DNA of 64,000 nucleotides from a virus (Duplodnaviria; Caudoviricetes): IMG/VR virus record IMGVR_UViG_3300032308_001420, positions 1 to 64,000 of that record; one strand, 5' to 3'. Shown piece by piece: positions 55,837 to 64,000 of this stretch (position 1 is its first letter; each line of letters starts with the position of its first letter). The notes under the pieces were generated by a model. It saw only the letters and a program-made list of their open reading frames with translations, ran no database searches and was not told where the DNA came from. The position numbers and the translations under genes were made by a program.

Positions 55837-57870
55837 TTATGGTCTTCCATAAATAAGAATTCTTCCAGATCCACCAGTTGCTCCATTTCCATGGCCACCA
55901 CGAGATTCTCCAGATCCATAATAATATGTACTTCCAGATCCTCCACCGCCAGCGCCTCCTCCTGGACCACTTCCTGCAGAACCTGAGTTTCCAGCACCGC
56001 TTCCGCCGCCGCCACCATTTCCGCCAGCGCCTCCAAATGAAGCTCCTCCAGCTGCTCCATTTCCACTTGGAGAGTTAGGACCACCATCAGGAGGAGTAGG
56101 ATATCCATTAAATCCTCCTGCGCCTCCAGAACCTCCACCTCCACCCCATGCAAATGTTGTTGCATTGAGAGTATTAAATGTTACTGATGTTGAAGATCCT
56201 CCAGCATTTCCATTACCTGAATTTACATTGCTATTTCCAACTCCGCCAGTATAATTGGTAGCATTTAACGTTCCGCCTAATGCACCTGATGCTGTTGTTG
56301 CTCCAGCAATATTGCTTGAGCCTGTACCTCCGTTTCCACGAGCACCGCTTGTAGAACCATTTCCTCCGTTAGCTGTTGCCACAGATGATCCACCTATTGT
56401 CAAATTACTTGCTGATCCTGCATTTCCATTACCACCTCCAGTACCTGCTGCTCCTCCTGCACCAATAGTTAAACCTAAAACTGTTCCAGAATTTATTGCA
56501 TATTCATCAAAAGCCACTAGGCCTGAGCCTCCTGCTCCATAACCAGCTGCCCATGAACCATTAGGGCTAGCGCTGCCTCCGCCACCTCCAGCAACAAATG
56601 CTCTAAGCCTTGTATATCCTGATGGCCATGTATAGTTTTGTGTAGAATTAGCTGTTAATAATAAAGCGTACTGTGGATTTGGCTGAACAGCATTTGATGC
56701 AGATGATGATGATAAAGAACTACCATTTGCATTATTTGCAACTAGTGTAAATGTATAGGATGTGTTTACTGCAAAAGATCCAGTAATTGTTAATGGGCTT
56801 GTTGTTCCAGCCGCAGTTGTTACCGCTAGTGAAGGTGATGCTGTTGCTGTATAGCTTGTAATATTAGAATTTCCAGTTGAGGGAGCAGTAAAAGTTAAAG
56901 AAACTGTAGTTGCATTTACTACAGTTGCTGTTCCGATTATTGGTCTATCTGGTACTGTTGAAGGTGTTAAAGCAGAAGAAGCAGAACTTAATGCTGAATT
57001 TCCATTAGCGTTAGTTGCAACTGCTCTGAATGTATATGATGTACCAGAAGTCAATCCAGCAACTGTAACTGGGCTTCCGCCTGAACCAGTTAAAGATCCT
57101 GGAGTTGAAGTAACTGTAAATCCTGATACTGCCTTGCCACCTGTGCCATTGGCTGTTACTGGAACAGATGCAGAAACAGTAGATCCAAATGCTGCGCCAG
57201 TTATATTTGTTGGTGTTCCTGTAGTTGGAGCTTGCGGAACAGATGTTGCAGTTATAGAGTTTGATGAAGAAGATGCTAAAGCATTACCGTAACCATTTGT
57301 TGCTGTAACGGTAAAGGTGTATGATGTTCCTTGTGCTAATCCAGAAACAGTAATTGGAGAAGATGAAGCAGTTCCAGTAAAAGAGCCTGGAGTTGAAATT
57401 GCTGTAAATGAAGAAGCAAGTCCTCCACCTGAGCCTGCTGTAAATGCAACACTAGCTGAACCTGATCCATGAGTAATATTTGTTCCTATATCTGTTGCTG
57501 TTGCAGAAGTTGCAGAAGTTGGAATAACTCCGAGTTGAGACCAGCCTGCTGCTGTGTAAACTTCAATATATCCTGTTTGAGTGTTTGAATGAATCTGTCC
57601 AACTGATGGGGATCCTGGGCGGGAAGCAGTGTTTCCTACTGAATATGTTCCAGGCAATCCTGCTAATGTTGCGGGGGCATAAGTGGTGCCAGCAGATGAA
57701 TATAATACTTGTCCTGATGTAGGAGAGGTTGTTGTTCCTGTTCCGCCAAATTGTGTTGCAATTGAAGAAGTTGAGTCTACATTTCCAGAAGCGTCGGAAA
57801 CAAGAGGGCCAGCAGAAGTAATACCTGCTACCTGCAGCTTATTTTTAACTTTAAAATCTTTATTTGCCAA
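55837..57870 (-). CDS. FN3-repeat glycine-rich fibre/adhesin protein
   Basis: N-terminal KDFKVKN, three FN3-like units, Gly-rich C-terminus. Confidence 0.78.
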   Translation of the reverse strand: MANKDFKVKNKLQVAGITSAGPLVSDASGNVDSTSSIATQFGGTGTTTSPTSGQVLYSSAGTTYAPATLAGLPGTYSVGNTASRPGSPSVGQIHSNTQTGYIEVYTAAGWSQLGVIPTSATSATATDIGTNITHGSGSASVAFTAGSGGGLASSFTAISTPGSFTGTASSSPITVSGLAQGTSYTFTVTATNGYGNALASSSSNSITATSVPQAPTTGTPTNITGAAFGSTVSASVPVTANGTGGKAVSGFTVTSTPGSLTGSGGSPVTVAGLTSGTSYTFRAVATNANGNSALSSASSALTPSTVPDRPIIGTATVVNATTVSLTFTAPSTGNSNITSYTATASPSLAVTTAAGTTSPLTITGSFAVNTSYTFTLVANNANGSSLSSSSASNAVQPNPQYALLLTANSTQNYTWPSGYTRLRAFVAGGGGGSASPNGSWAAGYGAGGSGLVAFDEYAINSGTVLGLTIGAGGAAGTGGGNGNAGSASNLTIGGSSVATANGGNGSTSGARGNGGTGSSNIAGATTASGALGGTLNATNYTGGVGNSNVNSGNGNAGGSSTSVTFNTLNATTFAWGGGGGSGGAGGFNGYPTPPDGGPNSPSGNGAAGGASFGGAGGNGGGGGSGAGNSGSAGSGPGGGAGGGGSGSTYYYGSGESRGGHGNGATGGSGRILIYGRP

Positions 57871-57943
57871 TTTGGTTCACTGTCCCCTTATTGATTATAT
57901 CTATATTTTAGCATTGTTTAAATACAAATGCATTAAAATTTTA

Positions 57944-59662
57944 TTATACTGCAGTTTTTAGATATCTAACAATTACAATTCCTGATCCGCCAGCACCACC
58001 AAAATAAGTGCCTGGAAAATCTCTACGTGCACCGCCTGCACCTCCTCCAGTGTTAGCAGTACCATCAAGTCCGTTGTTATCGGTACGAGATGCTCCACCT
58101 CCATGTGATGCTGAGCCAGGAGTTGCACCTCCGCCTCCACCACCACCTGCGTATCCTCCACCTACACCAGTACCAGTAGCAGAAGCCCAAGAACTAAATG
58201 CTGTACTTCCAGCACCACCTGCACCACCATTGCCAGCGCTAGCGTTACCACCAACTGCTCCAGCACCACCACCGCCAGCGCCTACGAAAGAAGTTTCCGT
58301 ACCACTTGATGGTGCAGTTCCTCCACTATTGCCCTGACCTGCGGTTCCAGCACCAGGAGAAACTACTTGTATTGTGTAAGATGGGTTTCTTCCTCTAGCG
58401 CCACCACCTCCTGAACCTCCAGTTGCAGAAGCAGTACCATCACCATTAGCGCCATAACTACCACCTATTGCTGTAGTAAGACCAGTAAAACTTGTATTTC
58501 CAGCCAAGTCATAACTATTGCTAGGGCCTCCTGCACCTATAGAAATAGTTTTATTACCTGGAGTTAAAGTAGCATTTTCTGTGTAAACAAGACCACCAGC
58601 ACCACCACCAGCAGAAGCATAATAAGAGCCTGAACTATTTGAAAATCCACCATTTCTAGCGCCTCCGCCACCAGCAACCATAATAACATCTGCTGTTAAA
58701 TTGCTATCAGAAATTCCCAAAGTTCCATTTGCAGTAAATGTTCTATAAAAGTATGTTGCATCTGATGAAAGTGTTCCACCTGTGACAACAGGCTTAACAA
58801 GAGGAGTTACACTATTAGAAGCACTTGATGCAATGGATACTCCATTAGCATTTGTCGCAGTTATTGTAAATGTATAAGAAGTTCCACTTGTAAGTCCAGT
58901 TACTGTAATTGGAGACGAGCTTGAAGTTCCAGTAATACCACCAGGTGAAGAAGTTGCTGTGTAGCTAGTTATTGAAGATCCACCAGTTGCATTTGCTGTA
59001 AATGTAATTGTTGCAGATGTGGGTCCTGCTACAGATGCTGTACCAATTGTTGGTGCTTGAGGAACTGTTGTAGCAGTTATAGAAGATGTTGGTGCTGTTG
59101 CTGTAGCATTTCCATAGCCATTTGTTGCAATTATTGTAAAAGTGTATGCTGTTGCAGACTGCAAACCAGTAACTGTTACTGGTGAAGAAGAGCCTGATCC
59201 AGTAAAACCGCCTGGAGAAGACGTTGCTGTATATGTTGAAGCTAATCCACCACCAGATGCTGGTGTAAATGTTACTGTTGCAGATCCATTATTAAATGCT
59301 CTGGATGTGCCTACATTTGTTGCTGTTCCAATAGTTGGAGTAAGAGGAATTACGCCAAGTTGCGACCAGCCTGCTGCAGTATAAACTTCAATATAACCAG
59401 TTTGTGTATTTGAGTAAATATCACCTAATGCAGGAGATCCTGGTCTACTTGCTGTATCTCCTTTTGTAAATCCATTTGGCAATGTAACCCAAGATGTTGT
59501 TGTTCCGTTGGTTTGTAAAACTTTATTAGTGTTATCTGTTTGAGTTGGTAGTAATGCATTTAGAGCATTAGATGCAGATGTTTGTCCTGTTCCGCCCTCT
59601 GTTATAGGAAGGGGTGTACCAAGATCTAGTCCTGATTTTACTTTAAAATCTTTATCTGCCAT
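57944..59662 (-). CDS. FN3-repeat glycine-rich fibre/adhesin protein
   Basis: N-terminal KDFKVKS, two FN3-like units, Gly-rich C-terminus ending GGSGIVIVRY. Confidence 0.78.
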   Translation of the reverse strand: MADKDFKVKSGLDLGTPLPITEGGTGQTSASNALNALLPTQTDNTNKVLQTNGTTTSWVTLPNGFTKGDTASRPGSPALGDIYSNTQTGYIEVYTAAGWSQLGVIPLTPTIGTATNVGTSRAFNNGSATVTFTPASGGGLASTYTATSSPGGFTGSGSSSPVTVTGLQSATAYTFTIIATNGYGNATATAPTSSITATTVPQAPTIGTASVAGPTSATITFTANATGGSSITSYTATSSPGGITGTSSSSPITVTGLTSGTSYTFTITATNANGVSIASSASNSVTPLVKPVVTGGTLSSDATYFYRTFTANGTLGISDSNLTADVIMVAGGGGARNGGFSNSSGSYYASAGGGAGGLVYTENATLTPGNKTISIGAGGPSNSYDLAGNTSFTGLTTAIGGSYGANGDGTASATGGSGGGGARGRNPSYTIQVVSPGAGTAGQGNSGGTAPSSGTETSFVGAGGGGAGAVGGNASAGNGGAGGAGSTAFSSWASATGTGVGGGYAGGGGGGGATPGSASHGGGASRTDNNGLDGTANTGGGAGGARRDFPGTYFGGAGGSGIVIVRYLKTAV

Positions 59663-59711
59663 TGGTACACCTATCCTTTAATTATTTTATTATTATAAAA
59701 TTAATATAATA

Positions 59712-60050
59712 TTATCCTATAATTTTCCAATTTAAATTTTCTTCGTCCCAGGTATAAATATTTTCATCTTTTGGATAAGGAATTGGTGGATTCCACCTTA
59801 TTTCTTCTTCATCAAATACCCAAGAACTAAAAGGCTTTTGTGGAATAAATATATCTTTATTTTCATCATATGTATCTCCAATTCCAGCAAATTTATTTCT
59901 AAAATTAGAATTATATGATGTTTGAATCCATCTGCCTCCTAGATTATCAACAAGCCACTTATAGCCTTCGTCGCCATTTGGATCATCATTATTTCCAACT
60001 GTTACACGAATGACAGTATTATTTTCATCAATTTCTGCCCAATGACTCAT
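59712..60050 (-). CDS. Small partner of Gly-rich fibre (MSHWAEIDENN family)
   Basis: W.QTSYN..FR..FAGIG..YD...D.FIP; paralog of 62063..62422. Confidence 0.8.
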   Translation of the reverse strand: MSHWAEIDENNTVIRVTVGNNDDPNGDEGYKWLVDNLGGRWIQTSYNSNFRNKFAGIGDTYDENKDIFIPQKPFSSWVFDEEEIRWNPPIPYPKDENIYTWDEENLNWKIIG

Positions 60051-60084
60051 TTTTTTCTCCTTGTCTTTTTATTAAAATATGTTA

Positions 60085-62058
60085 TCAAGTTAGATAACGA
60101 ATAACAACAATTCCTGATCCGCCTGCTCCACCATTATTTGCAGCTTTATTTGCAATATCTGTACGTGTGTCTATGCCACCACCACCACCGCCGCCTCCTC
60201 TGTTAACAGTCCCTGCGCCTCCATGATTACCACCGCTTGTTGAAGCGCCTCCTCCATTTCCACCTGTTGTTGGTCCTGCTGTTCCTGAAGTACTTGTGCC
60301 GTTATCGCCACCAGCTCCACCGCTTCCTCCACCTGCATAAATAATATTAGATCCAGTTTGATAATTATTGTTTTCTCCAACTCCGCCTGCTCCGCCAGTA
60401 ACAAGGACGGCAACTCCTCCAACTGCACCTTTTCCTCCACCTCCTTGAGAACCCATGTTACCAGTCTGAGTTCCTGAACGACTTCCACCATTGTTACCTT
60501 GTGATGGACTAGTAGATGGTGTATTTCCTGCCCCACCATCTCCTCCTCCTCCAGGAGATGAACCTCCACCAGAACCACCCGCAGCGCCACCTGTACCTAA
60601 AGCCTGACTTCCGCCAAATCCACCACCTGTTGATGTGTAGCCAAATGCGGTAGAATCATTGCCATTTTGACGACTAGGTGCAGCGTCTGTATGTGCTGGA
60701 GCGCCAGAACCTACAACAATTGGATAGGTTCCAGTTGGGTTAGTAAATGAAAGAACACGCATTCCTCCAGCACCTCCTCCTCCACCAGACAATCTATTTC
60801 CGTTTCCAACACCATAACCAATATTGCCTGAACCGCTACCAGCACCACCTCCTGCAACAAGAAGGACCTCTAGAGTTCCACTGTTACCACTTTGTACAAA
60901 ACTACCGTTGCCTGTAAATGTGTGAACAGTATATGCTCCAACTGTTGTTTTTGTTCCGCCTGTTGCTGATATTGGAGTATCTGTTGTAATTGAGTTAGAA
61001 GCAGAAGATGCTAATGAATTTCCATTTGCATTTGTTGCACTAACAGTAAATGTGTAAGATGTTGTTGGAGATAAGCCAGTTATAGTAAATGTACCAGAAC
61101 CAGATTGATTTAGTGTTGATGTTACTGATCCAGGAGATGATGTTGCTGTATAAGATGTAATTGTAGATCCACCATTACTTGCAGGAGCACTAAATGTCAA
61201 AGTTGCAGTTGTTGTTCCTGTTTTTGTTGCAGTTCCAATAGTTGGTGCTTGAGGAACTGTTGAAGGTGTTAATGAAGAAGATGCAGAACTTGCTGTTGAG
61301 TTACCATTAGCGTTAGTTGCAACTGCAGTAAAAGTATAAGATGTTCCAGATGTTAGGCCAGCAACTGTTACAGGGCTTGTGCCTGAGCCAGTCAGAGATC
61401 CTGGGCTAGATGTTACTGTAAACCCTGAAACTGCCTTACCACCTGTTGCATTAGCTGTTACTGGAACAGAGGCAGAAACTGTAGATCCAAATGCTGCTCC
61501 AGTTATATTTGTTGGCGTTCCAATGCTTGGTGTTTGTGGAACTGTTGTAATGGTTGCAGAGTTAGATGCTGAAGACGCTAAAGCGTTTCCATATCCATTA
61601 GTTGCGGTTACTGTAAAAGTCAAAGATGTATTGGAAGGAATTCCAGTAACAACTACTGGTGAAGAAGATCCAGAACCTGAATAGCCACCAGTTGTTGATG
61701 TTGCTGTAAAACTTGATGCCAATCCTCCGCCAGTTGCTGCTGTAAATGTAACGCTTGCAGCCCCATTATTGTATGCTCTATCTGTTCCAACATCTGTTGC
61801 TGTTCCAATAGTTGGAGATAAAGGAATTACGCCTAATTGTGACCAACCTGATGCTGTATAAACCTCAATATATCCTGTTTGTGTATTTGAATAAACGTCT
61901 CCTACGGAAGGAGATCCTGGTCTAGATGCTGTATTACCTCTTAATACGTGTCCATTTTCTGCTGTTGCATGTGCAGAAATAGCAGCAGCTGTTTCAACAT
62001 CTGTAGCCAGATCACTGGCTGTTGTTAAAAGTGCTGCTAAATCTCTGCTTCTTGTCAT
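60085..62058 (-). CDS. FN3-repeat glycine-rich fibre/adhesin protein
   Basis: MTRSRDLA N-terminus, three FN3-like units, Gly-rich C-terminus ending GGSGIVVIRY. Confidence 0.78.
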   Translation of the reverse strand: MTRSRDLAALLTTASDLATDVETAAAISAHATAENGHVLRGNTASRPGSPSVGDVYSNTQTGYIEVYTASGWSQLGVIPLSPTIGTATDVGTDRAYNNGAASVTFTAATGGGLASSFTATSTTGGYSGSGSSSPVVVTGIPSNTSLTFTVTATNGYGNALASSASNSATITTVPQTPSIGTPTNITGAAFGSTVSASVPVTANATGGKAVSGFTVTSSPGSLTGSGTSPVTVAGLTSGTSYTFTAVATNANGNSTASSASSSLTPSTVPQAPTIGTATKTGTTTATLTFSAPASNGGSTITSYTATSSPGSVTSTLNQSGSGTFTITGLSPTTSYTFTVSATNANGNSLASSASNSITTDTPISATGGTKTTVGAYTVHTFTGNGSFVQSGNSGTLEVLLVAGGGAGSGSGNIGYGVGNGNRLSGGGGGAGGMRVLSFTNPTGTYPIVVGSGAPAHTDAAPSRQNGNDSTAFGYTSTGGGFGGSQALGTGGAAGGSGGGSSPGGGGDGGAGNTPSTSPSQGNNGGSRSGTQTGNMGSQGGGGKGAVGGVAVLVTGGAGGVGENNNYQTGSNIIYAGGGSGGAGGDNGTSTSGTAGPTTGGNGGGASTSGGNHGGAGTVNRGGGGGGGGIDTRTDIANKAANNGGAGGSGIVVIRYLT

Positions 62059-62062
62059 TTAA

Positions 62063-62422
62063 TTATTCAACCATGTCCCAGTTGCATGTATCTTCATTGA
62101 GAGTCCAAGTAACTTCCTTTGTCCCGCCCTCAGCTTCTGGGTCTGCGATTGTGGTCGGCGGCATAGGTGGAATAAATGCATCTCTTACTGAATCCCATGT
62201 GTATCCAATACCTGCATAATTCTTTCTAAATCCTGGTTCATCTGTAATTTCATTTGTCTCAGGATTTTTACGCTTTCCTGCAATTGCATTATATGAAGTC
62301 TTTACCCAAGTTCCGCCAAGATTATCAATTAGCCATTGATATCCTTCATCTGGATCATTATTGTCTCCAACAAGTACTCTTGTTACAATGTTGTTCTCAT
62401 CTAATTCGGCCCAATGTGCCAT
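62063..62422 (-). CDS. Small partner of Gly-rich fibre (MAHWAELDENN family)
   Basis: GGAG RBS; paralog of 59712..60050. Confidence 0.8.
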   Translation of the reverse strand: MAHWAELDENNIVTRVLVGDNNDPDEGYQWLIDNLGGTWVKTSYNAIAGKRKNPETNEITDEPGFRKNYAGIGYTWDSVRDAFIPPMPPTTIADPEAEGGTKEVTWTLNEDTCNWDMVE

Positions 62423-62453
62423 AATATTTCTCCTTTGTTTTCTTTATCTTATT

Positions 62454-62636
62454 TTAGCATTCTTTAATGCTAAAATCTATTGGATGTATAAATTTTTTTC
62501 CATCCCATTTTCCACCAACTGTTGCTAATCCATATTCAACTTTCATTTCTATTCCAGTTAAATCTTTATGATTAATCAATTCATTTTCCCAACACCAGCC
62601 AACTACAATGTTGTCTTTATCTATTAAAGCATACAT
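62454..62636 (-). CDS. Small hypothetical protein (likely start MYALIDKDN)
   Basis: TAATG overlap with the Gly-rich gene; A.IG..WDG..F-type motif. Confidence 0.65.
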   Translation of the reverse strand: MYALIDKDNIVVGWCWENELINHKDLTGIEMKVEYGLATVGGKWDGKKFIHPIDFSIKEC

Positions 62637-63517
62637 TAGTAATATAACCAAACTCCTCCAGAACCACCAGATCCTCCAGTTCCACCATTTCCAACTTGTC
62701 TTCCTCCAGCTCCGCCTCCACCGCCGCCGCCTCCAGTATTTGCAGAAGCAGAAACTCCATTACCTCCAGAAGCTCCAGATGAATTAACTGGACCTGCTCC
62801 ACCATTTCCAGCAGAACCCCAGGGACTAGCTCCACCAGCCCCACCAGAAGATCCTGGGCTAGATGCTCCGCCTCCTCCGCCACCTCCGCCAGATGGACCT
62901 CCAGCTCCTCCAAACCCTCCACGGGAAGTTCCATAATTTCCAGTTATTCCAGTTACGCCTCCAGAACCATATGCTCCACCAGCTCCACCATTATATCCTC
63001 CAGATGTAACATCTGCAGTCTGTCCAGATCCACCTCCGCCTCCAGAACCACCCTGGCCTCCATCTAGGCCTCCTGTAGAATAAGAAGTAGCGCCTCTACT
63101 AAAATTTTTAGCACCATAACCACCACTTGCACCTGCAAAACCACATGCTGATGAATTTCCATTATTGCCTGGATTGGTTGGAGTTTGCTGTGACCCTGAA
63201 GCTCCGCTGCTACCAGAACCACCAGCTCCAATAATTACAGATAAAGATGTTGATCCATGTGTTGGCACAAGACCAAAACTATAATATCCTCCTCCGCCTC
63301 CGCCACCGCCTGCACCAGTTACTCCACCATTGTCAAAACCTGTTGATCCTCCAGAACCACCACCACCGCCACCTAAACAAGCTATATATAGCATATTTGT
63401 TCCAGATGGAATTGTAGCTGTTCCGTTTGATGTAAAAGTTTGTCTTAAACTTGGTTGAATAGTGCTAAAAGATGCACCCAAACTTGATAAATTAATAGGC
63501 ATTATCCCATCCTCCAT
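62636..63517 (-). CDS. Glycine-rich adhesin-like protein
   Basis: TFTSNGT.TIP start, poly-Gly runs, ends GGSGGVWLYY; probable start MPINL ~63502. Confidence 0.75.
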   Translation of the reverse strand: MEDGIMPINLSSLGASFSTIQPSLRQTFTSNGTATIPSGTNMLYIACLGGGGGGSGGSTGFDNGGVTGAGGGGGGGGYYSFGLVPTHGSTSLSVIIGAGGSGSSGASGSQQTPTNPGNNGNSSACGFAGASGGYGAKNFSRGATSYSTGGLDGGQGGSGGGGGSGQTADVTSGGYNGGAGGAYGSGGVTGITGNYGTSRGGFGGAGGPSGGGGGGGGASSPGSSGGAGGASPWGSAGNGGAGPVNSSGASGGNGVSASANTGGGGGGGGAGGRQVGNGGTGGSGGSGGVWLYY

Positions 63518-63999
63518 CCATATGTTGATCCTGTGTATAAAAATAAAGCGGCTCCGCCTGAGATATCTATTGTAGCATTATCTGATTGTCCATTAATCTT
63601 TAAAGAATTTCTTAATACTGTAATATTGTTTGTTCCCGCCGCATTTGATGCATCTACAATTTGAATTTCATCTCCAACTGTAGGAGAAGCAGGTAAGGTT
63701 AAAGATCTTGCTGCTGTTGTATCTACAAAATATCTTGTTCCCGCCACTAATGTAATATTTGAATTTATTGAAGAATTTGTAACAGATGCTGGGCCTGTTG
63801 CTCCAGTTGTGCCTTGTGCGCCAGTTGTTCCTTGTGTACCAGATGTTCCTTGTGCGCCCGTTGTACCTTGTGCTCCTGTAGTTCCCTGTGGGCCCGTAGA
63901 GCCCTGTGTGCCCGTTGTACCCTGTGTTCCAGTAGTTCCTTGTGCACCGACGGGGGTAGAGATAGCAAGGTCTTGCCATGCAGTTCCATCATATACTTT
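63502..63999 (-). CDS. Collagen-like fibre protein, 3' part only
   Basis: Open frame from the window edge: KVYDGTAW..(GTQGTT)n..YFVDT..TLPASP.VGD, T4 baseplate/fibre-like C-terminal domain. Confidence 0.75.
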   Translation of the reverse strand, partial: KVYDGTAWQDLAISTPVGAQGTTGTQGTTGTQGSTGPQGTTGAQGTTGAQGTSGTQGTTGAQGTTGATGPASVTNSSINSNITLVAGTRYFVDTTAARSLTLPASPTVGDEIQIVDASNAAGTNNITVLRNSLKINGQSDNATIDISGGAALFLYTGSTYGWRMG

Positions 64000-64000
64000 A

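Noticed and set aside
55837-62058. Diversity-generating retroelement acting on the repeated fibre genes
   Set aside because: No reverse transcriptase in the window; repeat differences look like synonymous drift rather than adenine-specific changes

Overview
A 64 kb, AT-rich segment of a large tailed dsDNA phage with a long non-contractile (siphovirus-like) tail. Every credible gene is on the minus strand. In transcription order, from high to low coordinates, it carries: an array of paralogous Gly-rich/FN3 and collagen-like fibre or adhesin genes; a LamG protein; portal, protease-scaffold and capsid; neck and tail genes with a -1 frameshifted tail chaperone; a 3819-aa tape measure protein; minor tail proteins and an S74 tail fibre; a replication/recombination module (DnaB, primase, SSB, DnaE, MazG, RecA, Cas4-like, RuvC-like); a sugar-nucleotide/glycosyltransferase cluster; terminase; two tRNAs; Hsp20; and a partial SNase-like gene. 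Gene content and many apparently leaderless promoters suggest an actinobacterial host, possibly a low-GC freshwater one (inference). The most striking feature is the tape measure protein. It looks like a polyvalent effector carrier in which about 14 [FYLK]-[ANS]-x-GG-x-[VI]-type linkers separate CHAP+LysM, three ADP-ribosyltransferase-like domains and a HipA/PI3K-like kinase, some preceded by pre-toxin-like motifs. Also notable are a structured RNA ending in a pseudoknot and CCA, a ROSE-like thermometer on hsp20, and palindromes overlapping promoters. All functional calls come from motif recognition by eye; no searches were run.
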